Origin: an uncultured Clostridia bacterium
GTDB lineage: Bacteria; Bacillota; Clostridia; TANB77; CAG-508
Direction: 5' to 3'
DNA length: 64,000 nucleotides
Assembly (NCBI GenBank): GCA_944390525.1
Contig: CALXQH010000043.1
Span: forward strand, 1,988 to 65,987
Positions 9,620 through 22,079 of this stretch are shown piece by piece. The notes beneath the pieces were generated by a model. It was not told the origin of the DNA. It worked only from the letters and a program-made list of their open reading frames with translations, and made no database searches. The position numbers and the translations under genes were made by a program. How positions within the stretch are numbered: position 1 is the stretch's first letter; each line of letters begins with the position of its first letter.

Positions 9620-9994
9620 ATGGATAGATTATTAAATGCTATAGCAAGTGGTTTAAATATTAGGTCACATAATCGGTCTGAAGAAGTAATACAAAAAGCT
9701 AGAAAAAAGTTTATAAGTGAATTAGAAAAACACTTGTTTTCTAAACTTGAAAATCTTGAAGTTGGGCAATGTATAACTTATAGTTTTAACTATGAAAACA
9801 TATCAGAAACAATTATAGAAAAAGTTAATAATAACATGAAAGAAGTGTTGCTAAAACTTCCAGCCTTAGAAAAAGGAGAAAGATATATATTTCCACAAGA
9901 TACATACTTTAGTTTTAAATTAACTGACAGAATTGAAAGTGGAGGAACAGTAGTAATTAATGGTATAAGTTCTTGGATTATAGAAAATATATAG
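9620..9994 (+). CDS. Hypothetical protein (124 aa)
   Basis: RBS aggagg 8 nt upstream. No recognisable motifs. Confidence 0.4.
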   Translation: MDRLLNAIASGLNIRSHNRSEEVIQKARKKFISELEKHLFSKLENLEVGQCITYSFNYENISETIIEKVNNNMKEVLLKLPALEKGERYIFPQDTYFSFKLTDRIESGGTVVINGISSWIIENI

Positions 9995-10013
9995 TATATA
10001 TAAAATATTCATA

Positions 10014-10042
10014 AAAAAAGACGATTATTTATCGTCTTTTTC
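10014..10042. terminator. Bidirectional terminator hairpin between convergent genes
   Basis: aaaaagacgat-tattt-atcgtcttttt. The stop codon of the minus-strand ligase lies within the hairpin. Confidence 0.6.
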
Positions 10043-11749
10043 TATATTTATATTATCTCCATAACGTTTAAGTTTTTGAGTAGTTGTTTTTTCAAAATCC
10101 TTATCACGAATCACAAAATCTTTTATATGTTTATAATTAGGAAGTTTTTTATTAACTTTAGCAACAATTTCAGCAATTATTTTTTTAATTTGATCTTTAG
10201 TAGGAATAGTACCCTTTAAATATTCTGTAATAGCTTCAATATTTGGATAAATTTGAGTATTAATATAAGTTTCATCATCATTTTCTTTTTTTAATCCAAA
10301 GACTAAAGATTCAGAAATTAGCGGACTCTCGTTTAAGTAATATTCTATTTCTTCAGGGTAAATATTTTTACCATTTTTAGTAATAATAACATTTTTACAT
10401 CTTCCTGTAATATATAAATAACCATTTTCATCAATTTTACCTAAATCCCCTGTGTGAAACCAACCATTTACAATAGTTTCTTTAGTTTTCTCTTCATCTT
10501 TGTAATAACCAAGCATAACATTAGGACCCCTAACAATAATTTCTCCAATACCTTCATCATTAGGTTTATCAATTTTATATTCTACATTTGGTATAGGAAG
10601 TCCAACAGAGTCATCTTTTTGAAAAAAGTCTGTATTACCTGCAACTAAAGGAGAACATTCTGTCAAACCATAACCTTGTAAAGTATTTAAATTTAAGTCT
10701 CTAAAGTCTGATATAATGTTAGGATTTGCAGCAGCAGCGCCAACTATAAATACACGAAGCCTGCCTCCTAAAGTATTTTTTACTTTTTTTCTAACAATAC
10801 TTTTCATAAAAAAAGGTAGACCAGAAAAAGGATTTGAGTCTTCTTTTTTATATTTTGTAGGTAAAGAACTGTTCATATTTTTAACAATATTTTTATGCAA
10901 TTTTTCTAATAGAAGAGGAACGCATAAAATAACAGAAGGATGAAATTCTTTCATATTTTTTGCAATGTATCGTAAACCTTCACAATGTGCAATACTAGCT
11001 CCACTATATATTGGAAGCAGAAAGCCTAAAGTACATTCATAAGTATGGTGTAATGGTAAAATAGAAAAAAACAAATCATTTTTTCTTACTTTTACAATTC
11101 CATAAGTAGATAATATGTTAGAACATAGATTATTTTGAGATAAACAAACTCCTTTAGCATTACCTGTAGTTCCAGAAGTAAATAACAATACACGTAATTC
11201 GTTTGAGTCTACTTTTATTTGGTCAAAGTTATGAAATCCATTAGAGTAAAGAATTTTTCCTTCTTCTAAAAATCTTGAAAAAGATTCTTCATTATTACTG
11301 TCAAATTTAATAAATTTAGTATTAGAATTTAAAAGTTTAGAAGCACTTAGCAATATTGGATCTAAATTTTGGCTGTTTCCTAAAATACAAGACGTTTCTG
11401 ATATATTCATAAAATTTATAACATCATCTGTATGAAGCTCTTTGTCAATAGGAACAACAACACCTACTATAGAAGCTGCTAAATAAGATACACACCATTC
11501 ATAGCTATTTTTACCTATAACAGCTATTTTTTTATTTAAAAAGCCATTTTTTAACAAACTAGATCCAAGAAAAACAACATCATTTTTAAATTCTTTATAA
11601 GTTATTGATATTATTTTTCCATTAGGTTTTTTTACTTTAAAAGCAGTTTTAGAACTATATAAATTGCTAGAACGATATAACATATCTTTAAAATTAGTAA
11701 CCTCAGGGGTCTTATGATATTTATTTTTTAACTGTTCAGCTATTGTCAT
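10025..11749 (-). CDS. Long-chain fatty acid--CoA ligase (AMP-forming acyl-CoA synthetase)
   Basis: 574 aa with AMP-binding motifs TSGTTGNAKGV, GYGLTE and the C-terminal domain. It is the only long minus-strand gene in this region. Confidence 0.8.
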   Translation of the reverse strand: MTIAEQLKNKYHKTPEVTNFKDMLYRSSNLYSSKTAFKVKKPNGKIISITYKEFKNDVVFLGSSLLKNGFLNKKIAVIGKNSYEWCVSYLAASIVGVVVPIDKELHTDDVINFMNISETSCILGNSQNLDPILLSASKLLNSNTKFIKFDSNNEESFSRFLEEGKILYSNGFHNFDQIKVDSNELRVLLFTSGTTGNAKGVCLSQNNLCSNILSTYGIVKVRKNDLFFSILPLHHTYECTLGFLLPIYSGASIAHCEGLRYIAKNMKEFHPSVILCVPLLLEKLHKNIVKNMNSSLPTKYKKEDSNPFSGLPFFMKSIVRKKVKNTLGGRLRVFIVGAAAANPNIISDFRDLNLNTLQGYGLTECSPLVAGNTDFFQKDDSVGLPIPNVEYKIDKPNDEGIGEIIVRGPNVMLGYYKDEEKTKETIVNGWFHTGDLGKIDENGYLYITGRCKNVIITKNGKNIYPEEIEYYLNESPLISESLVFGLKKENDDETYINTQIYPNIEAITEYLKGTIPTKDQIKKIIAEIVAKVNKKLPNYKHIKDFVIRDKDFEKTTTQKLKRYGDNINIEKDDK

Positions 11750-11897
11750 AATATTTACTTTACCTCCAAATTATTTTCTTATGTAATAATAAATAATTTA
11801 ATTACACAGACATCATAATATCATAAAATATTTGCAAAGGCAATAAGTAATAGTAAAAGTTTAAAAAGTAAATTTTGTAATTATAAAGACTAAAAAG

Positions 11898-11926
11898 TTG
11901 ATTTTTTGCAAATATATTGTTATACT
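11898..11926 (+). promoter_or_regulatory. Putative sigma-A promoter for ftsY
   Basis: TTGATT, 17 nt spacer, tgtTATACT (extended -10). Confidence 0.45.
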
Positions 11927-11957
11927 AATTGTAGACTTTTAAAGGTAGGTAGATTTT

Positions 11958-12863
11958 ATGGGATTTTTTGATAAATTAAAACAAGGATTAAGCAAAACTA
12001 AAAATTCATTTGATGAAAAAATAAATAATGTGTTTAGTAATTTTAGAAAAGTAGATGAAGAATTATTACAAGAACTAGAAGAAGCTCTTATTATGTCAGA
12101 TGTAGGAGTAGAAACTTCTATAAAAATAATTTCTAATTTAAGAGAAAAAATAAAAAAAGAAAAAATAGAAACTGAGGAAGATGTAAGAGAAGCTTTAAGA
12201 AAAGAAATAATAGAAATTTTAGACAAAGTAGACAATAATTTAAAATTAAGTACAATTCCTTCTGTTATATTAGTAGTAGGAGTCAATGGAGTTGGAAAAA
12301 CTACATCTATAGGTAAAATTGCTAATAAACTAAGAAAAAGTGGAAAAAAAGTAGTAATTGCGGCAGCAGATACATTCAGAGCCGCTGCGGTGGAACAATT
12401 AGAAATATGGGCTAAAAGGGCAGACTGCAATATTGTAAAAAAAGAAGAAGGATCAGATCCTGCATCAGTTATTTTTGAAGCAATTCAAATTACAAAACAA
12501 ACAAAAGCAGATGTTTTAATTTGTGATACAGCAGGAAGACTTCACAATAAAAAATATTTAATGGATGAATTAATAAAAATAAAGAAAGTAATTGATAAAG
12601 AATTACCAGAAGCTTCAAAAGAAGTATTAATGGTATTAGATGCTACAACAGGTCAAAATGCTATTTCACAAGTAAAAGCATTTAAAGAAACAGTAGATAT
12701 AAATGGTCTAATATTAACCAAATTAGATGGAACGGCGAAAGGTGGAGTTGTAATTGGAATTGTAGCTGAAAATAATATGCCAGTAAAATTTATTGGCGTA
12801 GGAGAAAAAATTGATGATATGGAAATATTTAATAGTAGTGATTTTGTAAAAGCGTTAATATAA
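11958..12863 (+). CDS. ftsY: Signal recognition particle receptor FtsY
   Basis: 301 aa with an SRP GTPase NG domain. Motifs GVNGVGKTT and DTAGR, plus the TKLDGTAKGG segment. Confidence 0.85.
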   Translation: MGFFDKLKQGLSKTKNSFDEKINNVFSNFRKVDEELLQELEEALIMSDVGVETSIKIISNLREKIKKEKIETEEDVREALRKEIIEILDKVDNNLKLSTIPSVILVVGVNGVGKTTSIGKIANKLRKSGKKVVIAAADTFRAAAVEQLEIWAKRADCNIVKKEEGSDPASVIFEAIQITKQTKADVLICDTAGRLHNKKYLMDELIKIKKVIDKELPEASKEVLMVLDATTGQNAISQVKAFKETVDINGLILTKLDGTAKGGVVIGIVAENNMPVKFIGVGEKIDDMEIFNSSDFVKALI

Positions 12864-12882
12864 AGTTTAGAGAGGAAAATAT

Positions 12883-15681
12883 ATGGAAGCAAATAAAATA
12901 GAAAACAATACTAAAGATAAAATTAATAAGTTTACTATAAGTAAAATAAAAAAGTGGATTGTATTAGTATTTATATTATTAACAATTTTAATTACATATG
13001 TAAATTATAGAGGAGAATATTTAGAAACATTAGAATTAGGAGAAAAGTATTTAAGTGTGTTTTGGCAAAATATAATATACAATGCAGTAACATTTTTTGC
13101 TAATTTTTTATTGCTATTTATAATTATATATATAACAAATAGAAAAATAAAAAAAGGTTTAATTCCATTTTTTGAAGAAGAAAAAAAATCAATACCTAAA
13201 ATGCCAAATAAGTCCGTTAGCTTTATCATAGCGGTAATAATTAGCTTTATTACAAGTAAAATTATATTAGAAAAGTTCATGCTATGTTTTAATGCCACAG
13301 AGTTTGGAATAACAGATCCAGTTTTAGGGTATGATATAGGGTACTTTATTTTTATACAACCGTTTATACAATACATATTAAGTTATTTATTTATAATTGT
13401 TATAGGCTTAACTATTTATACATTTATATATTATATAATTGTATTTAACGTATGTTTAGATGGAATAAATAGAGAAACTTTAAAAAATAGTCGCTTGGTA
13501 AAACAAATATGCAATAATATTATATGTATAGCAATTATATTAGCAATATCAATCGTTATTGAAACATTAAATGTAGGTTTGCAAAAAATAGTAACTTTAC
13601 AAGATAGTGCTAGTACATCATATGTTTTATGGGGAGCGGGAATTTCAGAAGTAACTATAAAATTATGGGGATATCGTATTTTAGCAATTATAATAGCTGT
13701 TTCAGTAATTATTGCTGTGCATTATTTTAAAAAGAAAAATACTAAAAAAGTTATTGTTTCTTTATCGGCAGTTCCTATATATTTACTAGTTATGTTAATT
13801 GTTTTATTTGGATTTAATATTTTTGTTGTTAATCCCGATGAACTATATATACAACAAGAATACATACAAGCTAATATTAATTCCACTAAACAAGCCTTTG
13901 GAATTGACATTGAAGAAATAAATTTAACAGAAAATGAAACTATTACTACAAACTATATAGAACAAAATCAGAATGTAATAAATAATATTGCTTTAGTAGA
14001 TAAAGATGTTGTTTTAAATAATTTAAACTTACTACAAACAAGCAAAGGATATTATACTTATCAAACAGCACAAATAGCAAAATATAATATAGATGGAAAG
14101 CAAGGATTAGTATATGTTTCACCTAGAGAAATAAATAATTCTGTAGATACATATAATAATAAAACTTATGAATATACTCATGGATATGGAGTAATAATAA
14201 CAGATGCAACAAAAACTGATGAAGATGGAAATATTAGTTATTTGCAAAAAGATTTTGAAGAAAGTACAAATGATATAGTTTCAATTAAAGAACCAAGAAT
14301 TTATTTTGGACTAGAAACCAACGATACGGTAGTAACTAATAGCAAAAACAAAAAAGAATTTGATTATCCAATAGTAAATTCAACAAAAGCAGAAAATACT
14401 GAAAATATATATGATGGACAAGCAGGACTTAATTTAAACTTTATTGACAGACTAATATTAGCAATTAAAGAAAATGATTTAAAATTAGTATTTTCAGGAA
14501 GTGTTAATTCTCAAAGTAAAATACTTATTAATCGAAACATAATAGAAAGAGCAAAAACTCTAATGCCATATATTATATATGATGAAAATCCATATTTAGT
14601 GGTAACTGACGAAGGAAAATTAGTATGGGTATTAGATGGATATACTGTTTCAAATTACTACCCATATTCTCAAAAAATAACATTACAAGAATTGGATAAA
14701 ATGCAAATTAACTATATTAGAAATTCTGTAAAGGTATTAATAGATGCATATGATGGAACAATACAATATTATATTACAGATAGGAATGATCCAATAATTA
14801 TGGCTTATCAAAAAATATATAAAGATTTATTTATGGAAAAAGAAGAAATAATACCAGAAGACATTTCTAAACAATTTATTTATCCAGAATTTATATATAA
14901 TATACAGGCAGAAGTTATGGAAAGATATCATAATATACAAACTGATGTATTATATCGTGGAGATGATATTTGGCAGGTAGCAACACATAATACCACTAAA
15001 GTTTTAATAAAAACAGGAACACCAATATCACCATATTATACTATGGTAAAAACTATAGATCAAGAAGAATCTACAATAGGACTTGTATTACCTTATACAC
15101 CATATCAAAAGCAAAATTTAACAGCATATTTAGTTGGAACTTATCAAAATGCACAACCAAAACTAACTTTATATAAATATCCTTCAGACAGTAATATTAT
15201 AGGACCAATGCAACTAGATACACAGATAGAACAAGATGAAAACATATCAAAAGAAATAGAAAGTTTAAATGTAACAGGAACAAAAATCAAAAAAAATATG
15301 TTAATTATACCTATAAATAATTCATTATTATATGTAGAACCTATTTATCAGCAATATATTAATGAAGAAAATTCTACATTAATACTAAAAAAAGTTGTAG
15401 TAGCTTCAGGTAATAAAGTTGCAATAGGAAACAACTTAACACAAGCTTTAAAAAATCTTGTATCACAATATGCTGTTAATATTCAAGTAGAAAATAATGA
15501 AGATATAGAAGGATTGATAGATTCTATAATAAAAACTAACAATAATTTAAAACAATCAAGTAGCAATAATAATTGGGAAATGGTTGGAAAAGATATAACA
15601 AAGCTGCAAGAATTAATAACTAAATTAGAAAAGTTGCAAGAGGAACAAGAAGAAAAAGAAAATCTTATGAAAGAAGAATAA
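12883..15681 (+). CDS. Large multi-pass membrane protein with a big extracytoplasmic domain, UPF0182-like
   Basis: 932 aa with about 7 N-terminal TM helices and a soluble domain of roughly 600 aa. The size and topology resemble the UPF0182 family. The family assignment is from memory and not verified. Confidence 0.45.
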   Translation: MEANKIENNTKDKINKFTISKIKKWIVLVFILLTILITYVNYRGEYLETLELGEKYLSVFWQNIIYNAVTFFANFLLLFIIIYITNRKIKKGLIPFFEEEKKSIPKMPNKSVSFIIAVIISFITSKIILEKFMLCFNATEFGITDPVLGYDIGYFIFIQPFIQYILSYLFIIVIGLTIYTFIYYIIVFNVCLDGINRETLKNSRLVKQICNNIICIAIILAISIVIETLNVGLQKIVTLQDSASTSYVLWGAGISEVTIKLWGYRILAIIIAVSVIIAVHYFKKKNTKKVIVSLSAVPIYLLVMLIVLFGFNIFVVNPDELYIQQEYIQANINSTKQAFGIDIEEINLTENETITTNYIEQNQNVINNIALVDKDVVLNNLNLLQTSKGYYTYQTAQIAKYNIDGKQGLVYVSPREINNSVDTYNNKTYEYTHGYGVIITDATKTDEDGNISYLQKDFEESTNDIVSIKEPRIYFGLETNDTVVTNSKNKKEFDYPIVNSTKAENTENIYDGQAGLNLNFIDRLILAIKENDLKLVFSGSVNSQSKILINRNIIERAKTLMPYIIYDENPYLVVTDEGKLVWVLDGYTVSNYYPYSQKITLQELDKMQINYIRNSVKVLIDAYDGTIQYYITDRNDPIIMAYQKIYKDLFMEKEEIIPEDISKQFIYPEFIYNIQAEVMERYHNIQTDVLYRGDDIWQVATHNTTKVLIKTGTPISPYYTMVKTIDQEESTIGLVLPYTPYQKQNLTAYLVGTYQNAQPKLTLYKYPSDSNIIGPMQLDTQIEQDENISKEIESLNVTGTKIKKNMLIIPINNSLLYVEPIYQQYINEENSTLILKKVVVASGNKVAIGNNLTQALKNLVSQYAVNIQVENNEDIEGLIDSIIKTNNNLKQSSSNNNWEMVGKDITKLQELITKLEKLQEEQEEKENLMKEE

Positions 15682-15750
15682 TAAATTAAAAATTCAATAA
15701 AATGAATAAAAAAACAAAAAACTTCCATTTTAATTAATAATGGAGGTTTT

Positions 15751-16044
15751 ATGTTTAAAAGAAAGAAAAAAATAGAAAAAGAATTAAATAATAACTTAGA
15801 AAAATTAAATTTTGTATTGACTAAAAACAATATTTTAGAAATAGTAGAATTATTAGGAAATAAAAAACAATTAATAATAAGAAATTTGTTATCTGGGATA
15901 TCAAAGGGAATTGGTATAGGAATAGGATTTACTATTTTAACTGCTATTTTATTAATAGTTCTTCAAAAAATAGTTACACTAAACATACCTATAATAGGTA
16001 ACTATATAGCAGATATAGTAAAAATTGTAGAAAATAAATTATAA
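15751..16044 (+). CDS. Small membrane protein (97 aa)
   Basis: One TM helix (GIGIGIGFTILTAILLIVL) with RBS ggaggt upstream. Confidence 0.3.
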   Translation: MFKRKKKIEKELNNNLEKLNFVLTKNNILEIVELLGNKKQLIIRNLLSGISKGIGIGIGFTILTAILLIVLQKIVTLNIPIIGNYIADIVKIVENKL

Positions 16045-16152
16045 TGTAGAAAAATGAAATTAAAAAAACTTCATTTTTCTATTTTCTTTTTTATAATTAT
16101 TATATATAATATAACTAAACAAAATAAATATTTTAGAAAAGGTGATAAAATT

Positions 16153-16752
16153 ATGAATTTAGCAAACAAATTAACTATTTTAAGAATTTTTCTAGTACCA
16201 ATAATGGTAGTTATTCCATTTTTAAATATAAAAGGAGAACTTTGGGGAATTTCTATTACATATTTAATAATAGATGTAATATTTATAATTGCAGCAATAA
16301 CAGATAAGTTAGATGGATATATAGCAAGAACAAGAAATCAAATGACTACTTTTGGAAAATTTTTAGATCCTATAGCTGATAAAATAGTAGTAATAACTGC
16401 AATGATAATGCTAGTAGAGTTAGGACATTTACCTGCTTATATACCAATTATAGTAATTTTTAGAGAATTTATAGTTTCAGGTTATAGATTAGTAGCAGTA
16501 CAAAGTAAAGGAACTGTAATAGCTGCAAGCTTTTGGGGAAAATTAAAAACAGTAACACAAATGATAGCTGTTATTTTAGCTTTTATAGATCCAAATCCTT
16601 TTGCTACAATATTTAATGGAGAATTAACCGGATATGAATTTATTATAAACTTAGCCGTTACATTAATGATGAGCATATGTGTTGTTGCAACAATATTTTC
16701 TGGATGGGATTACGTAAAAAATGGCAAAGAATTATTCAAAGATTCTATGTAA
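16153..16752 (+). CDS. pgsA: CDP-diacylglycerol--glycerol-3-phosphate 3-phosphatidyltransferase
   Basis: CDP-alcohol phosphatidyltransferase motif DGYIARTRNQMTTFGKFLDPIADK. The start was chosen at the ATG with RBS aaaggtga, because the longer ORF from 16054 has no SD. Confidence 0.8.
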   Translation: MNLANKLTILRIFLVPIMVVIPFLNIKGELWGISITYLIIDVIFIIAAITDKLDGYIARTRNQMTTFGKFLDPIADKIVVITAMIMLVELGHLPAYIPIIVIFREFIVSGYRLVAVQSKGTVIAASFWGKLKTVTQMIAVILAFIDPNPFATIFNGELTGYEFIINLAVTLMMSICVVATIFSGWDYVKNGKELFKDSM

Positions 16753-16770
16753 AATAAAATGATTAATTAA

Positions 16771-18777
<2,007 letters not shown>

Positions 18778-18789
18778 AGGAGAAGTAAA

Positions 18790-19038
18790 ATGGACGGAAA
18801 ATATAGTTTTGAAGAATTTTACCAAAATTTAGAAGATGGTTATCAAATTTATTTTACATATGTACGCAATAGATATTTATTATTTAAAACGTCAGAAAAT
18901 TGTTATACACAGAAGTTATTAACAATATACGAAAAAAATCCGCAGCCGAGACATAGTATGATTACTTTTAAAAGAATAAAAGAGATGTTTCCACATATGG
19001 AAAATATTGAATATAAAACTGGAATAAATGAAGAATAA
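18790..19038 (+). CDS. Hypothetical protein (82 aa)
   Basis: ORF with RBS aaggag upstream. No recognisable motifs. Confidence 0.3.
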   Translation: MDGKYSFEEFYQNLEDGYQIYFTYVRNRYLLFKTSENCYTQKLLTIYEKNPQPRHSMITFKRIKEMFPHMENIEYKTGINEE

Positions 19039-19051
19039 GAGGAGATTTTAA

Positions 19052-19765
19052 ATGCTAATATCTGAAATAAAACCAATAGATGAAAGAGGAATTAACTTAT
19101 TAAGTAGAGAGGATGCTAAAAATGTTATAAATAGAATTATTGAACCGCCTTTAAGAAAAGCATGTACTATATTTATGAAAAAAGGTATAAGAACAGTAAT
19201 GAGTAGTGCAAACAGAAATAATGTATTAAAAGAAGGTGAAAAAGCTATAGAAAAAGAAGATTTATATGAAAATAGAACTATAGCTGATCAAATACCTGTT
19301 TTTGATAATGTAGGAAAAGGATATGCATGGATAATGCTTGATTTCAATTCTCTTTCTGATGAAAATAAAGATTGGTTATTTTCTTTAGAAGAAAGAACTG
19401 ATGAAAACAATAAAAAAATAGGAGAAAGAGGAATTTGGTTTGTGCAACCGAGTGAAATAAGAACTATTGAATATGGTTTAAAAACAGGACAATTTGATTA
19501 TAAAGAATTACATGAAGCAGGTTGCTTTACTAAAGAAGAAATCCCTAAAAACATACAACTAGATAGAAGATTAGCAGAATTTTATAAAAGACATGTATTA
19601 TTAGGATATAATTGGCCTATGTATCCGTTACAATCAGTAATTTTACGAATGCCAGTAAATGAACAAACAACTTTAGAAGAAGTAGAAGAATATTTTGCTA
19701 AATTTGCAGAAGGATTTAGAGACCAAGTCAAAGAAAATAAAAAAGAAGAACAAGAGGGAAGATAA
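19052..19765 (+). CDS. Hypothetical protein (237 aa)
   Basis: ORF with RBS agaggag upstream. No recognisable motifs. Confidence 0.35.
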   Translation: MLISEIKPIDERGINLLSREDAKNVINRIIEPPLRKACTIFMKKGIRTVMSSANRNNVLKEGEKAIEKEDLYENRTIADQIPVFDNVGKGYAWIMLDFNSLSDENKDWLFSLEERTDENNKKIGERGIWFVQPSEIRTIEYGLKTGQFDYKELHEAGCFTKEEIPKNIQLDRRLAEFYKRHVLLGYNWPMYPLQSVILRMPVNEQTTLEEVEEYFAKFAEGFRDQVKENKKEEQEGR

Positions 19766-19800
19766 TTTATAAAAAAATTTAATAAGAAAGGAAAAACGAA

Positions 19801-20694
19801 ATGAGCTTAGTATTAAAAAATGTATCTAAAACATTTTCTGGAAAAAAAGTAGTAGACAATATTTCATTTAGTTTAGATAAGCCAGGGGTATATGGTTTGC
19901 TTGGAACTAACGGAGCAGGAAAAACTACAACTATAAGAATGCTATTAGGAATTATAAAAAAAGACAATGGAGAAATTACTTGGAAAGGAAAATCTGTAGA
20001 TAGAAAAAATGTGAATTTTGGATATTTACCAGAAGAAAGAGGAATTTATCCAAAAACAAAAGTATTTGACCAATTAATGTATTTTGCAGAACTCAAAGGA
20101 ATAAAGAAAGAAGAAGCGATAATATCAATTAATAAATGGGCAAAGGAATTAAAAGTAGAAGAATATCTACAAATGCCAGCTGAAAAACTATCTAAAGGAA
20201 ATCAACAAAAAATACAATTTATGACGGCGATAATACATAATCCAGAATTATTGGTCTTAGATGAGCCTTTTAGTGGGTTAGATCCAATAAATACAGAAAT
20301 ATTGAAAAATATAATAATAAATTTAGTAAAAAACAAAAAACATATAATAATGTCTGCTCACCAAATGGCAACAATAGAAGAATTTTGTAGTGATATTTTA
20401 ATTCTAAATAAAGGAAAAACAGTATTACAAGGAAATTTAAAAGACATAAAAGAAACTTATCCGGCTAACAGAATAATAATAGAAGTAAATAAAGATATAA
20501 GAGAATACATTAAAGAATTTAATTTAGAAATAGAAAATGAAACAAATAATAATTATAGTATAAAAATATCTGATGAAGGAAAAGCACATAAACTTTTAAA
20601 TAGACTAGTTAATGCAGGAATAGAAATAGATAAATTTGAAATTAAAAAACCTACGCTTAACGATATTTTTATAGAAAAGGTAGGTGAACAATAA
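19801..20694 (+). CDS. ABC transporter ATP-binding protein (NatA-like, ABC-2 exporter type)
   Basis: Walker A GTNGAGKTT, signature LSKGNQQK, and Walker B LLVLDEP. Confidence 0.8.
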   Translation: MSLVLKNVSKTFSGKKVVDNISFSLDKPGVYGLLGTNGAGKTTTIRMLLGIIKKDNGEITWKGKSVDRKNVNFGYLPEERGIYPKTKVFDQLMYFAELKGIKKEEAIISINKWAKELKVEEYLQMPAEKLSKGNQQKIQFMTAIIHNPELLVLDEPFSGLDPINTEILKNIIINLVKNKKHIIMSAHQMATIEEFCSDILILNKGKTVLQGNLKDIKETYPANRIIIEVNKDIREYIKEFNLEIENETNNNYSIKISDEGKAHKLLNRLVNAGIEIDKFEIKKPTLNDIFIEKVGEQ

Positions 20695-21914
20695 TGAAAA
20701 GTACATTAACTGTAATTAAATTTACAATAAAAGAAATGGTAAAAAGAAAATCTTTTTTAATATCAACATTAATTATTTTACTTTTGATTATAATAGGATT
20801 TAATGTACCAAATATATTAAAAACTATACAAGGAGAAAATAACATGGAAAAACTCCTTATAGTTGATAATGATAATATCTTTGAAGGAAACTTAGAAATA
20901 TTAAAGCAAATGAACTTAGAATATGAAATACAAATAGGTAAAGCTACATTTGATGAAATTAAAATAAAAATAGAAAACGAAGAAATAACTAATGCTATAA
21001 TAATAGATAGACAAGAAAATAATATAAAAATAAGATATATTGTAAAAAATATGACCATGATGAGCGGCGTACCAGAAAATATAATAAATGCTATAAATAC
21101 AGTATATTCTAATATGCAAATAAGTAAACTAGGACTAACGCAACAACAATTACAATCAATTACACCTAATTTTGAATTTACATTAGAACAAACAGAAGAA
21201 GAAAAAGCTGAGGGAAATATATTAGCAATGATGATAATGTCAATAGTGCTATTTTATGCAATATATTTTTGTGCATATCAAGTATCAAGTTCAATAACAA
21301 CAGAAAAAACTTCTAAAATAATGGAAACTTTAGTAACATCAACTACTCCAAAAACAATTGTATTAGGAAAAACAATAGGAATAGGAATTGTAGGTCTATT
21401 GCAAATGGTCTTAATAGTTGGAACAGCACTGATAAGTGCAAAAGTATTTTTAGAAGAAGAGCTGTTACAATCAGTATTAGATATGTCTAATGTTACACCA
21501 TATTTAGCAATAATTAGTATAATATATTTTATACTAGGATATTTTACATATGCATTACTCTATGCATTAACAGGTTCAACTGTTAGTAAACCAGAAGATA
21601 TACAGTCTGCAAATGGACCAGTAGCAATTGTTGCAGTAATAGGATTTTATTTATCATATTTTACAATGATGAACCCAACAAGCAAAATAAACTTGTTTGC
21701 TTCATTGTTTCCTATATCGTCTCCATTTTGTATGCCTTTTAGAATTATGATGGGATTAGCAAGTGAAATAGATGTAGCAATATCTATAGCCATTTTAATA
21801 GTAACAATATTAGTTATTGCAAAAATAGCTATAAAAATATATTCAAATGCAATATTAAATTATGGAACAAAAATGAGTATAAAAGATATTATAAAAATTT
21901 ATAAGGATAAGTAA
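20694..21914 (+). CDS. ABC-2 family transporter permease (NatB-like)
   Basis: 406 aa with one N-terminal TM helix, an extracellular loop, and 5 C-terminal TM helices. Its start ATGA overlaps the ATPase stop. Confidence 0.6.
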   Translation: MKSTLTVIKFTIKEMVKRKSFLISTLIILLLIIIGFNVPNILKTIQGENNMEKLLIVDNDNIFEGNLEILKQMNLEYEIQIGKATFDEIKIKIENEEITNAIIIDRQENNIKIRYIVKNMTMMSGVPENIINAINTVYSNMQISKLGLTQQQLQSITPNFEFTLEQTEEEKAEGNILAMMIMSIVLFYAIYFCAYQVSSSITTEKTSKIMETLVTSTTPKTIVLGKTIGIGIVGLLQMVLIVGTALISAKVFLEEELLQSVLDMSNVTPYLAIISIIYFILGYFTYALLYALTGSTVSKPEDIQSANGPVAIVAVIGFYLSYFTMMNPTSKINLFASLFPISSPFCMPFRIMMGLASEIDVAISIAILIVTILVIAKIAIKIYSNAILNYGTKMSIKDIIKIYKDK

Positions 21915-21986
21915 GAACAAAATTATAAAAAAGATATATAATTATTAAGCATTTATAAATTTTAATATCTATAAAGACAAGAACAA

Positions 21987-22015
21987 TTGACATAAAAATA
22001 AAAAAATGATAAACT
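21987..22015 (+). promoter_or_regulatory. Putative sigma-A promoter
   Basis: TTGACA, 17 nt spacer, TAAACT, upstream of the MBL nuclease gene. Confidence 0.4.
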
Positions 22016-22079
22016 TTAAATACAATGTATTGTATTTAAACAAACATTGAATTTATTAATTTAATGGAGGGAATTATTT

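Noticed and set aside
11939-12430. A 163-aa minus-strand ORF overlapping ftsY.
   Set aside because: It is antisense to the ftsY NG domain. It is low complexity and has no SD.
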